Virus record (IMG/VR): IMGVR_UViG_3300046721_000217
Span: 1 to 37,582 of that record
DNA: 37,582 nt
Strand: one strand, 5' to 3'
From: a virus
Lineage: Duplodnaviria > Caudoviricetes
The notes below the pieces were generated by a model. The model made no database searches. It was not told the origin of the DNA and was given only the letters and a program-made list of their open reading frames with translations. Within the stretch, counting starts at the first letter, position 1; every line of letters begins with the position of its first letter. Below, piece after piece: positions 26,529 to 34,080 of this stretch. The position numbers and the translations under genes were made by a program.

Positions 26529-28921
26529 CCGAACAGCTCCTTGTAGAGGTCCTTGTTTCCGTCCTTGGACTCCATCCAGTTGTTGCCGACGGTTACCTCG
26601 GCAGGGGCACGGAAGCCCTCGGGGAAGTATTTCTTGCAGTTCTCCGGATGCCGACTCTGTGCCACGATCTCCGGCCAGATCCGGTTCATCCTTTGCTCGA
26701 GGATCTCCTTCGCGATACGCGCTTCGTCCTTCGCGACCACGAGGACCAGTTCGTCGTGAACCGTGGCCCGAATGGTCGACGCCTTGGCGTGCTGGGTGAG
26801 GTCATCATCCACATCGCACACGCTGACGTACATCATATCCGCACCGGTGCTCTGAATGGGGAAGTTGTACATCTCAGTGACCTGCCGTGTATACCACCAG
26901 CGCCGACGGCCGAAGGGATTGATGAGACACGAGTCCCGTTCAACGGTGTCCATGAAGGTCTCCCGCCACTCGTGCCATTGCGGGAAGAGCTTAAAGATCT
27001 TCTTCATGAACGTCTCGATGTCGGTCTGCGACCGCTTCGTCTGCTTGGCAATGTCCTTAGCCCCGCGGCCGTAGGCCATGCCGTACCAGATGAACTTCGC
27101 CATGTACCTCAGGTGTTCCTGAGACCCGCCCTTGCGGCATTGATCCTTTGAGACCTGGTACGCGTCAGCTGCCATTGACACCAACCAGTCCTCGCCAGAT
27201 GCCAGAATCTCCAGGCCCTTCTCGTCTCCGCTGAGGAACATGGCAATCCGGGTTTCGACCTGGGACCAGTCAGCGGACATGAAAACGTGGTCAGGACTAT
27301 CCGGTACGTAGATCTGTCGAAGTTCCAGCGGGATGTTTTGGAAGTTCGGATCCCAACTGTTGAGGCGTCCTGTTGCTGCTTTAGCCGTACCGAATCTGGG
27401 ATGGACATAGTTGTTCTCATCCTTCTCCACGTTGATGTAGGTGTTGCGGGTGTGATCCAGGGATCGGACCTTACTGATCCCTTGGAGCAGAGGGTCGTCG
27501 TACTGAGCGGCCAGCTTTTCGATAGCTTCCGCATTGGCTGTCGGACGCATCTGCTTGGTCTTCTGGTCCTTGATCTTCTGGACGGGAAGCCCCAGTACGT
27601 CGTAGAGGACGTGCATTACGTCCTTGGATGACTTGGCGTTGAACGACTGACCAAACACGGCACGGAGCTTCTCCTCGTACTCCCGGGCCTTCATGTCCAT
27701 CGCCATGTCCCACCGCAACGCGAGCAACTCGTCCTGCTTCATGCCCAGCTTGTTCATCTTGCGTAGCTTGGGCTGGATCCGGCAGACCGTCCGCATGAGG
27801 TCTTCCATGCCGAGGTCCTTCAGTTCCTTCCGCAGCGAGACTGCACTCCGCCGCTGACCCAGGACGTCCTTCGCGTTGTACAGGAACAGGTTGTCCGAGG
27901 CTGTGTCCTTGTGATACTCCATGTCGGTGTGCAAAGACATGATGTGTCCAAGGTTCTTCGGCTGGTCAGAGTTCGTGAGATGGAACGCTTGTAGTGTGTC
28001 CCACGTTGGCCCGTTGAACGTTATCCCTTTCTCTTCGCAGAAGGGGATGTCGAAGGATTCGATATTCTGGCCTTCGATTTCAATGCCTGGATCAGAGGCC
28101 AGAGAGTTGAACCATTCGGCAACGGCAGGGGTCCAACGGAAAACGTAAGCTGTCTCTTCGTCAACCGCAAAGCCGTTACAGATAATCTGACCTGTGCGAG
28201 GGTCGAGCCCTCCCTTGGGTCCTGGTCCGTGGGTCTCGATGTCGAAGTCAAGAACTCCATGCTCTCTAGCAAGTCGCGTAAGAAGCGTTCCGTGTTCCGC
28301 AAGGCTTGCGTCGAGAACATAGTTGCATGGACGACGTCTGACTTCTGGAAACGCCGACTGGATTTGCGCCCTGTGGAGGTCGTAGATGACCAGGGGCCAG
28401 TTCTCTTGCTGTCGCATGATGTGGGCGGGGTGGAGGGTGGCGAAGACTTTGAGCTTCGTATCTCCCATGGCCGCCTCAATCGGTACTCCACGCTGTTGAT
28501 AAATACCGTTGCGACCCGTTGTGGCGTAGAGTGCTGTTGCTCCGAGGGCGACAACGACATTTGGACGAACGGCTCCCAGCTCGCGGGCAAGAAAGGGAGC
28601 ACAGTGGCGGATTTCGTCATCCGTCGGCGTCCGGTTGTTATTTGGACGACACTTGACGACGTTTGTGACGAAGGCTGCGTCCCGCCGAACTCCAGCCTGG
28701 ATGCACTGCTTGGTGAGGATTCGTCCAGAGCCCCCGATAAAAGGTCGCCCTGGCTTTCCTTGTCTGATGGGGGCAACTTCGTCTTCACCTGGAGCCTCCC
28801 CGAGGAAGAACATCTTTGCAGGCGCCGGGCCCTCTCCCTGGACGGGCCCGGGGTTGTTGAACAGAGGGCAGCCTGTGCACCACTCTGCTTTGCCGTTGGG
28901 CAGTTCGCCGAACTCAAACAC
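26525..28921 (-). CDS. polA: DNA polymerase family A with N-terminal family-4 uracil-DNA glycosylase and 3'-5' exonuclease domains
   Basis: UDG motifs CTGC, GEAPG, PFIG, NVVKCRP, HPA; Exo motifs DIET, NIESFD, YNAKD; Pol motifs TGRL, DWSQVE, KFIWYGMAYG, VHDE. GTG at 28921, overlapping the csp end, is preferred over the 28978 start. Confidence 0.93.
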   Translation of the reverse strand: MFEFGELPNGKAEWCTGCPLFNNPGPVQGEGPAPAKMFFLGEAPGEDEVAPIRQGKPGRPFIGGSGRILTKQCIQAGVRRDAAFVTNVVKCRPNNNRTPTDDEIRHCAPFLARELGAVRPNVVVALGATALYATTGRNGIYQQRGVPIEAAMGDTKLKVFATLHPAHIMRQQENWPLVIYDLHRAQIQSAFPEVRRRPCNYVLDASLAEHGTLLTRLAREHGVLDFDIETHGPGPKGGLDPRTGQIICNGFAVDEETAYVFRWTPAVAEWFNSLASDPGIEIEGQNIESFDIPFCEEKGITFNGPTWDTLQAFHLTNSDQPKNLGHIMSLHTDMEYHKDTASDNLFLYNAKDVLGQRRSAVSLRKELKDLGMEDLMRTVCRIQPKLRKMNKLGMKQDELLALRWDMAMDMKAREYEEKLRAVFGQSFNAKSSKDVMHVLYDVLGLPVQKIKDQKTKQMRPTANAEAIEKLAAQYDDPLLQGISKVRSLDHTRNTYINVEKDENNYVHPRFGTAKAATGRLNSWDPNFQNIPLELRQIYVPDSPDHVFMSADWSQVETRIAMFLSGDEKGLEILASGEDWLVSMAADAYQVSKDQCRKGGSQEHLRYMAKFIWYGMAYGRGAKDIAKQTKRSQTDIETFMKKIFKLFPQWHEWRETFMDTVERDSCLINPFGRRRWWYTRQVTEMYNFPIQSTGADMMYVSVCDVDDDLTQHAKASTIRATVHDELVLVVAKDEARIAKEILEQRMNRIWPEIVAQSRHPENCKKYFPEGFRAPAEVTVGNNWMESKDGNKDLYKELFG

Positions 28922-29114
28922 CGTACTGCACGTTCTCAGCGCGGAGGCCCTTCGGTCCTTTGCTGGGCTGGAATTCAACCTCGTCGCCTTCCTGCAGGGT
29001 ATCGAACTCGATCCCGATCAACCCCGAGCGGTGGAAGAAGTAGTCGTTGTTGTCGGTGCCGCGGATGAAGCCGAAGCCCTTTTCGCGCGTGAGCAGCTTG
29101 ATCTGTCCGGTCAT
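28914..29114 (-). CDS. csp: Cold-shock domain protein
   Basis: RNP1 KGFGFI, RNP2 YFFH, and GPKGLRAENV; AGGAG RBS. Confidence 0.95.
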   Translation of the reverse strand: MTGQIKLLTREKGFGFIRGTDNNDYFFHRSGLIGIEFDTLQEGDEVEFQPSKGPKGLRAENVQYGV

Positions 29115-29123
29115 GTGACGCTC

Positions 29124-29456
29124 CTAGTTGACGATCGGCGGCTTTTCGGTGCCGATGGGAAACCTTGCGACTTCAACATCTAACGTGGACGCTCCGAACC
29201 GAGGACAGCCCGCAGTGTAGTGGGATGCCATCGACATGGCGAGCATGGCCATCAACTCCCGATACGTCTCGGGGCCGATGACCCAGCCGATTGACTTAGC
29301 ACAGAAGGGGCAGACGGCCTCATACTGGAAGCCGTCTTCAGGGTTGCCCCACTGTATGAATGCGACCGGGAAGTTGTGTTGATCCTTCTTCCCGTTCGCA
29401 TCCAGTATCTTCGTGTCGTCGATGATGCACACGAGGATATCATGCACTTTCTTCAC
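29124..29456 (-). CDS. Hypothetical protein, possibly Zn-binding
   Basis: CPFC...HYTAGC; GTGA coupling with folE. Confidence 0.6.
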   Translation of the reverse strand: MKKVHDILVCIIDDTKILDANGKKDQHNFPVAFIQWGNPEDGFQYEAVCPFCAKSIGWVIGPETYRELMAMLAMSMASHYTAGCPRFGASTLDVEVARFPIGTEKPPIVN

Positions 29457-30016
29457 ACATCACCTATGAGCTGGAACAGCTCCTCACGGGCCGCGGGGTT
29501 GAGGAGGAACTGCCCGTACATATTGCTTGTGACGACGTCACCAGTGGACTTGACCCCCCTGCAGCGCATGCAGCCGTGAACTCCAGCGATGACGCACCCA
29601 GCGGCCTTCGGATCCAGTTCGGAGACGAGCATGTCCACAATGGCCTGAGTCAGCTCCTCCTGCAGAATCGGTGCACTGAGCTGGCTCTCTACCGCACGTG
29701 CCAGCTTCGAGAGGCCGAAGACTTTGTGACCCGGAATGTACGCTACGTTGGCGCTCATCTCGAACGGAAGCAGGTGATGAGGGCAAACGCCGAACGCCCG
29801 GTGGTGCCTGAGAAGGACGATCCCCGCCCGCTTTGCTGCGTCGGGAGGGAGGTCGAACGCCTTCAGGTTGTTCGCCGGAGGCGAGAACAGCTCCTTGTAC
29901 ATCCGGGCGACCCGGTCCGGTGTCTCCTTGTAGTGCGGGTCCTCGATGTCTACACCGAAGCCCTGGACGAGCAGCTGCCGAATGGCGAGAAGCGTTTCAG
30001 CTTCGTTGTACTTCAT
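29453..30016 (-). CDS. folE: GTP cyclohydrolase I
   Basis: ETPDRVARMY, CPHHLLPF, GLSKLAR, LQEELT and HGCMRCRGV. Confidence 0.95.
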   Translation of the reverse strand: MKYNEAETLLAIRQLLVQGFGVDIEDPHYKETPDRVARMYKELFSPPANNLKAFDLPPDAAKRAGIVLLRHHRAFGVCPHHLLPFEMSANVAYIPGHKVFGLSKLARAVESQLSAPILQEELTQAIVDMLVSELDPKAAGCVIAGVHGCMRCRGVKSTGDVVTSNMYGQFLLNPAAREELFQLIGDV

Positions 30017-30017
30017 G

Positions 30018-30680
30018 TCACCTCGTGTTCAAGAATTTGTGTAGCTGCGCGGAGACGCGCAGCAGGGGATTCCTCTCGCAGATGTGTACGACGTCGGCCA
30101 GCCGGTCCACGTTGATCGTATGCACGTAGTTCTGGGGCTGGAGATACACGATCTTGCCCTGCTGGGCCCAGCCGACTGCGTCCTCGATGGAGGCCCAGCC
30201 GACAGAGGAATCTCCGAGCCCGCCGTGGATGACTTTGATCTCGTCGGCCTCCTGGATCATCTCGTACAGATACCCGGGTTTGGGGGACACGGTCAAGTGG
30301 ATCATGTTCCTGTAGTGTGGATCCTCGAGCCAGTGAGGCATCACAGTGCCGCTGGTCTCGATCTGGACCTTCAGTCGGCCCTTACCCAGCTTGTTTACGA
30401 GCTCCGTGAGATCCCTGTCGAGGGGTTCTCCGCCCGTGAAGCAGACGTTGGGGATACCTTGAGACCAGGCGTACAGTGCGGTAGCTGTGTACATCCCGCC
30501 GCCCATGTTCTCGTAGCACTTGTCGAAGTCCGTGTCGCAGTGAGTGCATACGCCTTTGCCAACACTGCACCCGACAAGACGGATAAAGGCGGTCATGACG
30601 CCGGTGAGCAGTCCCTCGCCCTGGGGGGCAATGAACTTCTCGGCGAGCGGGTACCGTTTGTCACTCAAGGACCACCCCAC
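30018..30680 (-). CDS. queE: 7-carboxy-7-deazaguanine synthase (radical SAM)
   Basis: QGEG...FIRLVGC, CTHCDT, TGGEP, IETSG, VSPK, YLQP and QLHK. Confidence 0.93.
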   Translation of the reverse strand: MGWSLSDKRYPLAEKFIAPQGEGLLTGVMTAFIRLVGCSVGKGVCTHCDTDFDKCYENMGGGMYTATALYAWSQGIPNVCFTGGEPLDRDLTELVNKLGKGRLKVQIETSGTVMPHWLEDPHYRNMIHLTVSPKPGYLYEMIQEADEIKVIHGGLGDSSVGWASIEDAVGWAQQGKIVYLQPQNYVHTINVDRLADVVHICERNPLLRVSAQLHKFLNTR

Positions 30681-31050
30681 AGTCCCGCGTCTCCTTGACC
30701 GCGATGTAGACGTGATGGATCGGGAAGGACTTCTGCAGTTCGTCCCGCCAGGTGATTGCGAGCTCCTCCGCCGTCGGGTGAACGGGCAGGAGGATCAGTC
30801 GAGCGTAGGCACGGATCTCTTCGGCGGCGGGGTCAAGCTCGTGGAGAGCAAAGGCGTGATCCCACCGTTCGAAGATGCCCTTGACACGGGTCTTCAGGTC
30901 GGAGAAGTCGATGACCATGCCGGTCATGTCCACGTGGCCCTGGAGCTCCACGCGGATGAGATAGTTATGACCGTGTAGGTAACGACACTTGCCCTGGTGG
31001 TTCATCAGTCGGTGCCCCATGGGCAGTTCGTAGTCAAAGGTGAGGAGCAT
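30661..31050 (-). CDS. queD: 6-carboxy-5,6,7,8-tetrahydropterin synthase
   Basis: GHRL...GKCRYLHGHNY, GMVIDFSDLK, WDH, PTAE and KET; start placed at ATG 31050. Confidence 0.93.
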   Translation of the reverse strand: MLLTFDYELPMGHRLMNHQGKCRYLHGHNYLIRVELQGHVDMTGMVIDFSDLKTRVKGIFERWDHAFALHELDPAAEEIRAYARLILLPVHPTAEELAITWRDELQKSFPIHHVYIAVKETRDCGVVLE

Positions 31051-31246
31051 CAGCGGCACCCGGATCATGGAGTAAGGCCACATCGGCGAGGAATTTCGCG
31101 ATGAGGGTTTCGAACTTCGAGTCCAGCAGCCGTCGGACAGCGGGTGACCCGACGTCGCTGAGGATGGAGTGAGCGTCACCGGTCGTTGTCTGCATCGTCA
31201 CGGTCAGCTTGATTCCGCGGCGTTCGCAGATGAAGGTCTCCATCAT
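31034..31246 (-). CDS. Hypothetical protein
   Basis: ATGA coupling with the upstream gene; 70 aa (MMETFICERR...). Confidence 0.5.
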   Translation of the reverse strand: MMETFICERRGIKLTVTMQTTTGDAHSILSDVGSPAVRRLLDSKFETLIAKFLADVALLHDPGAADAPHL

Positions 31247-31713
31247 TTGAGTCGCTCCGTACGTTCGAGCTCCATGAGGGCGAAGCATCCCCAAGCGGCA
31301 GCGGCAAGGTCATCTCCGTCGGTTTCTCTGCCACGGGTGACGTGGATCGCCGCCGTTTCTTTGGAGACGCCACCGAAGTCTCTGACGTCACCTTCGGAGA
31401 CTTCCCGGAGGAACTCCTTGCGGCGCTCTTTGTACTTCTCGAGGTGCTCGATGATGTGATTGAACGTGTCGTCGAAGGGGAGCCCGAGCTTGTAGTTGTG
31501 CTCGCCGTACTTGAGCCCCATTTCGAAACGAGCCGCGAGGCGAACCAGGCCGGAATTGGGAATGAGATCATAGCGTGGTTTGACCTCACTTCTCTGAGCC
31601 CCGGTTTCGAAGGTGTGAACGGGTTCGATCGGAGACGTACCGCTCGCCTTCAGGCCAGCGTCGAGGCGGAGGCCCGCTCTTGCGATCGGACCAGGATCGA
31701 TTCTCTCGCTCAT
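31243..31713 (-). CDS. dATP/dGTP diphosphohydrolase domain protein (DUF5664-like)
   Basis: FETGAQR...KPRYDLIP...GLKYGEHNYKLG...HL...DDLAAAAW; AAAGGAG RBS. Confidence 0.8.
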   Translation of the reverse strand: MSERIDPGPIARAGLRLDAGLKASGTSPIEPVHTFETGAQRSEVKPRYDLIPNSGLVRLAARFEMGLKYGEHNYKLGLPFDDTFNHIIEHLEKYKERRKEFLREVSEGDVRDFGGVSKETAAIHVTRGRETDGDDLAAAAWGCFALMELERTERLK

Positions 31714-31728
31714 AGAACTCCTTTAACG

Positions 31729-31767
31729 AAAAAGTCGGGAGGAGGACCTTGCGGTCCGTCCCCCCGA
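31729..31767 (-). terminator. Rho-independent terminator
   Basis: Minus strand reads TCGGGGGGACGGACC-GCAA-GGTCCTCCTCCCGA-CTTTTT: GC stem, GNRA loop and U-tract, just after the SSB-like gene. Confidence 0.8.
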
Positions 31768-31791
31768 ACAGTTTACGGAACCACGAGAAGA

Positions 31792-32256
31792 TTACGCCTT
31801 CTCGTTCTGCGTGGCCATGTACCGCCCGACGCGGTTCTGGGCCTGGTAGTAGTTCCCGTCCTTGCCCTTGCCGGCCTTCTGACGGGTGACGACGCCGTAG
31901 CACTCACGGTCGATCCAGGTATCGGTGTCGAGAGGCTCGTCCTCGTCGAACTCGAGCGCCTTCATGATCTGGCGGATCTTCCAGTCGTCGCCGGGCGCGA
32001 GCGACAGGTAGTTGTCGAAGACGTGACGGCCGTACGTCTCGCCCTCGTCCTGGACGACCAGGTCCAGCGTGAGGTAGGGGTAGGTGTCCTCGCCCTTCTT
32101 GTTGCGGTACACCGGGATGCCGAACTCGTTCTCGCCGCTCTGCTCGGAGTCCTTGGGCTCCTTGAACGTCACCTTGTTGACGCGCAGGCGGTAGGTGGCC
32201 TCGGGGATCGTGTTGTCCTCGGCCATGTCCTTCTGACGGAAGTTGTCGAAACGCAT
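31792..32256 (-). CDS. DUF669-like single-stranded DNA-binding protein
   Basis: IPEATYRLRV...YGRHVFDN...QNRV; follows the Sak4-like ATPase; strongly biased codons. Confidence 0.7.
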   Translation of the reverse strand: MRFDNFRQKDMAEDNTIPEATYRLRVNKVTFKEPKDSEQSGENEFGIPVYRNKKGEDTYPYLTLDLVVQDEGETYGRHVFDNYLSLAPGDDWKIRQIMKALEFDEDEPLDTDTWIDRECYGVVTRQKAGKGKDGNYYQAQNRVGRYMATQNEKA

Positions 32257-32261
32257 GATCG

Positions 32262-32351
32262 TTATCTCCTCTGACGTTCATTAGTGATGAGCACCATGAT
32301 CACCACTGTGACTAGAAACAAGCCCGGGTTTAGCGCGAACAGAAAGATCAT
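32262..32351 (-). CDS. 29-aa single-TM microprotein (not in the ORF track)
   Basis: MIFLFALNPGLFLVTVVIMVLITNERQRR*; nearly fills the gap between the ATPase and SSB genes. Confidence 0.5.
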   Translation of the reverse strand: MIFLFALNPGLFLVTVVIMVLITNERQRR

Positions 32352-32355
32352 CGCG

Positions 32356-33183
32356 CTAACTACGAACGGGGACAGGAGCTTCAGCCTTCCTCTGTGCGAC
32401 GAGCGCTTGCAGTGCGCTCTTGTCTCCCATCGTGAGCTTGAACACCTCGGTCATGTTCGTACCGATGTACGTCGGGACCGAGAAGTTCAAGGGGACGCGG
32501 AACCCAGCCACGGTCCGGGCAATGGTCGTGGTGCAGATCATCCGCTTCCCGTTCTGGATGACGCCACGCAGTGTAGCGTCCGGCCAGCCGGGCAGTTCAC
32601 GAGGTAGCTTCTGTCCGGGGAGCTCAGGAGCCCAGAAGACGATTTTCTCCTTGCCCTGGCCTTCCTCGATGACCGCCTCGCGAGCGAGGAACAAGCAGTG
32701 GGCGTCGAGGCCCATGATGATCTTCGCTGTCTGACGGCCCTTCTCTGCGACGTAGGGATAGGCTTGCCGTGGGTCCTTACGTGCAACCCCTTTGGGACCG
32801 TCTCCTGCGTCCCAAACCATGTCCCAGCCGTGGATGGCCTTAGCCTCGTCGAGCCAAAGCTCCCCGGTAGCGCTGAGGGAGTCGAGCACGATTGTCTCGA
32901 ACGTTTCCCCAGCGTATTCGACCTTCCCCGACTTGCGACCGAGTTCCGCCACCACGGCGTGCAGTGTGTCGATGTCCTCGATCTCAATGAAGGGGATGTC
33001 GTCGTCCTTGAGTGACTGGAGCCCTTTCGTATCTCCAATCTCCGTTGCCAGGACGAGAGGCTTCGGACACGTGCGGATGAGAGTGGTCTTGCCCCACCGT
33101 GCAGGTGCGTAGAGCAGCACCTTCGCCCGCGTGTTCTGCATCTGGGACGTGCGCTTCAGAGGTGGTAGTTTTCCAGGCGGCAT
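32356..33183 (-). CDS. Sak4-like / AAA_24 ATPase (single-strand annealing)
   Basis: Walker A YAPARWGKTT and Walker B IVLDS; part of an exonuclease-ATPase-SSB module. Confidence 0.78.
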   Translation of the reverse strand: MPPGKLPPLKRTSQMQNTRAKVLLYAPARWGKTTLIRTCPKPLVLATEIGDTKGLQSLKDDDIPFIEIEDIDTLHAVVAELGRKSGKVEYAGETFETIVLDSLSATGELWLDEAKAIHGWDMVWDAGDGPKGVARKDPRQAYPYVAEKGRQTAKIIMGLDAHCLFLAREAVIEEGQGKEKIVFWAPELPGQKLPRELPGWPDATLRGVIQNGKRMICTTTIARTVAGFRVPLNFSVPTYIGTNMTEVFKLTMGDKSALQALVAQRKAEAPVPVRS

Positions 33184-33189
33184 GCCATG

Positions 33190-33420
33190 TTATCCTTTGT
33201 TTGGACGTTTACCGACGACTCCGTAGTGGAGTTTGTTATCCAGGACGATGAACGTCTGGAAGTCTTGCCAATCCAGACCGTCACGATCGACCTGTACCTG
33301 GATAAGTGTCGCCCCGCCGTATTGCGCGAGACGACACTGCCCCCAGTGGTTGTTCTCCTCGTCATAGAGATCGAAGGGAACGGAGTACTTCTCACCGATC
33401 CGTGTCGGGTTCGGTGACAT
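33190..33420 (-). CDS. Hypothetical protein
   Basis: ATG 33420 with GAGGA upstream; globular-looking sequence (MSPNPTRIGEKY...). Confidence 0.5.
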   Translation of the reverse strand: MSPNPTRIGEKYSVPFDLYDEENNHWGQCRLAQYGGATLIQVQVDRDGLDWQDFQTFIVLDNKLHYGVVGKRPNKG

Positions 33421-33595
33421 CGGGGTCCTCGTCCGGCTCGGGCTCGTCGACGTCTCCCACGATGTCCGTGACGACATCCTCGTACGCGAGCTCGTCGCTG
33501 AGGTTGTTGACGTCGTCCTCCGTGAGGTCCCGGTTCTCCTTCACGGCGGTGGTGACCTTGTTCACGAGGAGCTCGACGAATTCATCACGCTTCAT
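33392..33595 (-). CDS. Small highly acidic protein
   Basis: MKRDEFVELL...; D/E-rich; strongly biased codons. Confidence 0.6.
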   Translation of the reverse strand: MKRDEFVELLVNKVTTAVKENRDLTEDDVNNLSDELAYEDVVTDIVGDVDEPEPDEDPDVTEPDTDR

Positions 33596-33893
33596 ACTGC
33601 TGCTCACCTTCTTCCAGAATGGCGAGACAGGATCCTTCTGGCAGGATCCAGAACTCTGTGTCTCTCAGAGTGAAGCGACGCCCGGCGAATTTGTCTACAA
33701 GGACCCACTGGCCCGTGAGATCCTCGCCGAATCGAAACGTCGCTCTGTGCAGGTGGCAGAATGCCCTCTGCGCCAGCTTGTGTGCGGTGTCAGGTAAGAT
33801 CAGTGTGGCTCTTGACCCCGGCACCTGATGGGTCGTCACCTTCCGGGCCTTCGACACGATCATCTGGCCGAGTAAGGGACGTAACGAGTTCAC
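33585..33893 (-). CDS. Divergent GroES/Cpn10-like co-chaperonin
   Basis: LRPLLGQMIV...LILPDTA...GQWVLVDKFAG...EFWILPEGSCLAILE follows the Cpn10 pattern. Confidence 0.7.
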   Translation of the reverse strand: MNSLRPLLGQMIVSKARKVTTHQVPGSRATLILPDTAHKLAQRAFCHLHRATFRFGEDLTGQWVLVDKFAGRRFTLRDTEFWILPEGSCLAILEEGEQQYEA

Positions 33894-34080
33894 TGAACGT
33901 CCTCTCCAGGAACTCCGTCTCCTGGGACAGCTCTGCGTTCAGTCGCATCACTGTCGGGATGTGAGGGCCCCTGCTCAGCTGCGTCGCCAGCTCGGCCTGC
34001 AGCCTCGATACCTCGCTGATGTGCAGCGTTAACCGAGACTGGATCGATGGCTTTGGATCCCCTGTCTGCGTCGTCGACAT
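33790..34080 (-). CDS. Candidate fully overprinted helical protein
   Basis: ATG 34080 with GAGGGACAAGGA upstream; amphipathic helices encoded in the alternate frame of the exonuclease tail. Confidence 0.4.
   Translation of the reverse strand: MSTTQTGDPKPSIQSRLTLHISEVSRLQAELATQLSRGPHIPTVMRLNAELSQETEFLERTFSELVTSLTRPDDRVEGPEGDDPSGAGVKSHTDLT

Noticed and set aside
26525-28921. Intein or intron in the polymerase
   Set aside because: Domain spacing is compact and continuous, with no intein terminal motifs or homing endonuclease seen.
28922-28978. ORF-track N-terminal extensions of polA, queD (31179), exonuclease (35002) and 35234-36283
   Set aside because: The extensions run through neighbouring genes; downstream starts have an RBS or stop-start coupling and begin at the domain boundary.
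31243-31713. Aminoadenine (Z) genome
   Set aside because: No purZ or datZ-like gene in the window; the neighbours are deazaguanine genes. It cannot be excluded for the unseen part of the genome.
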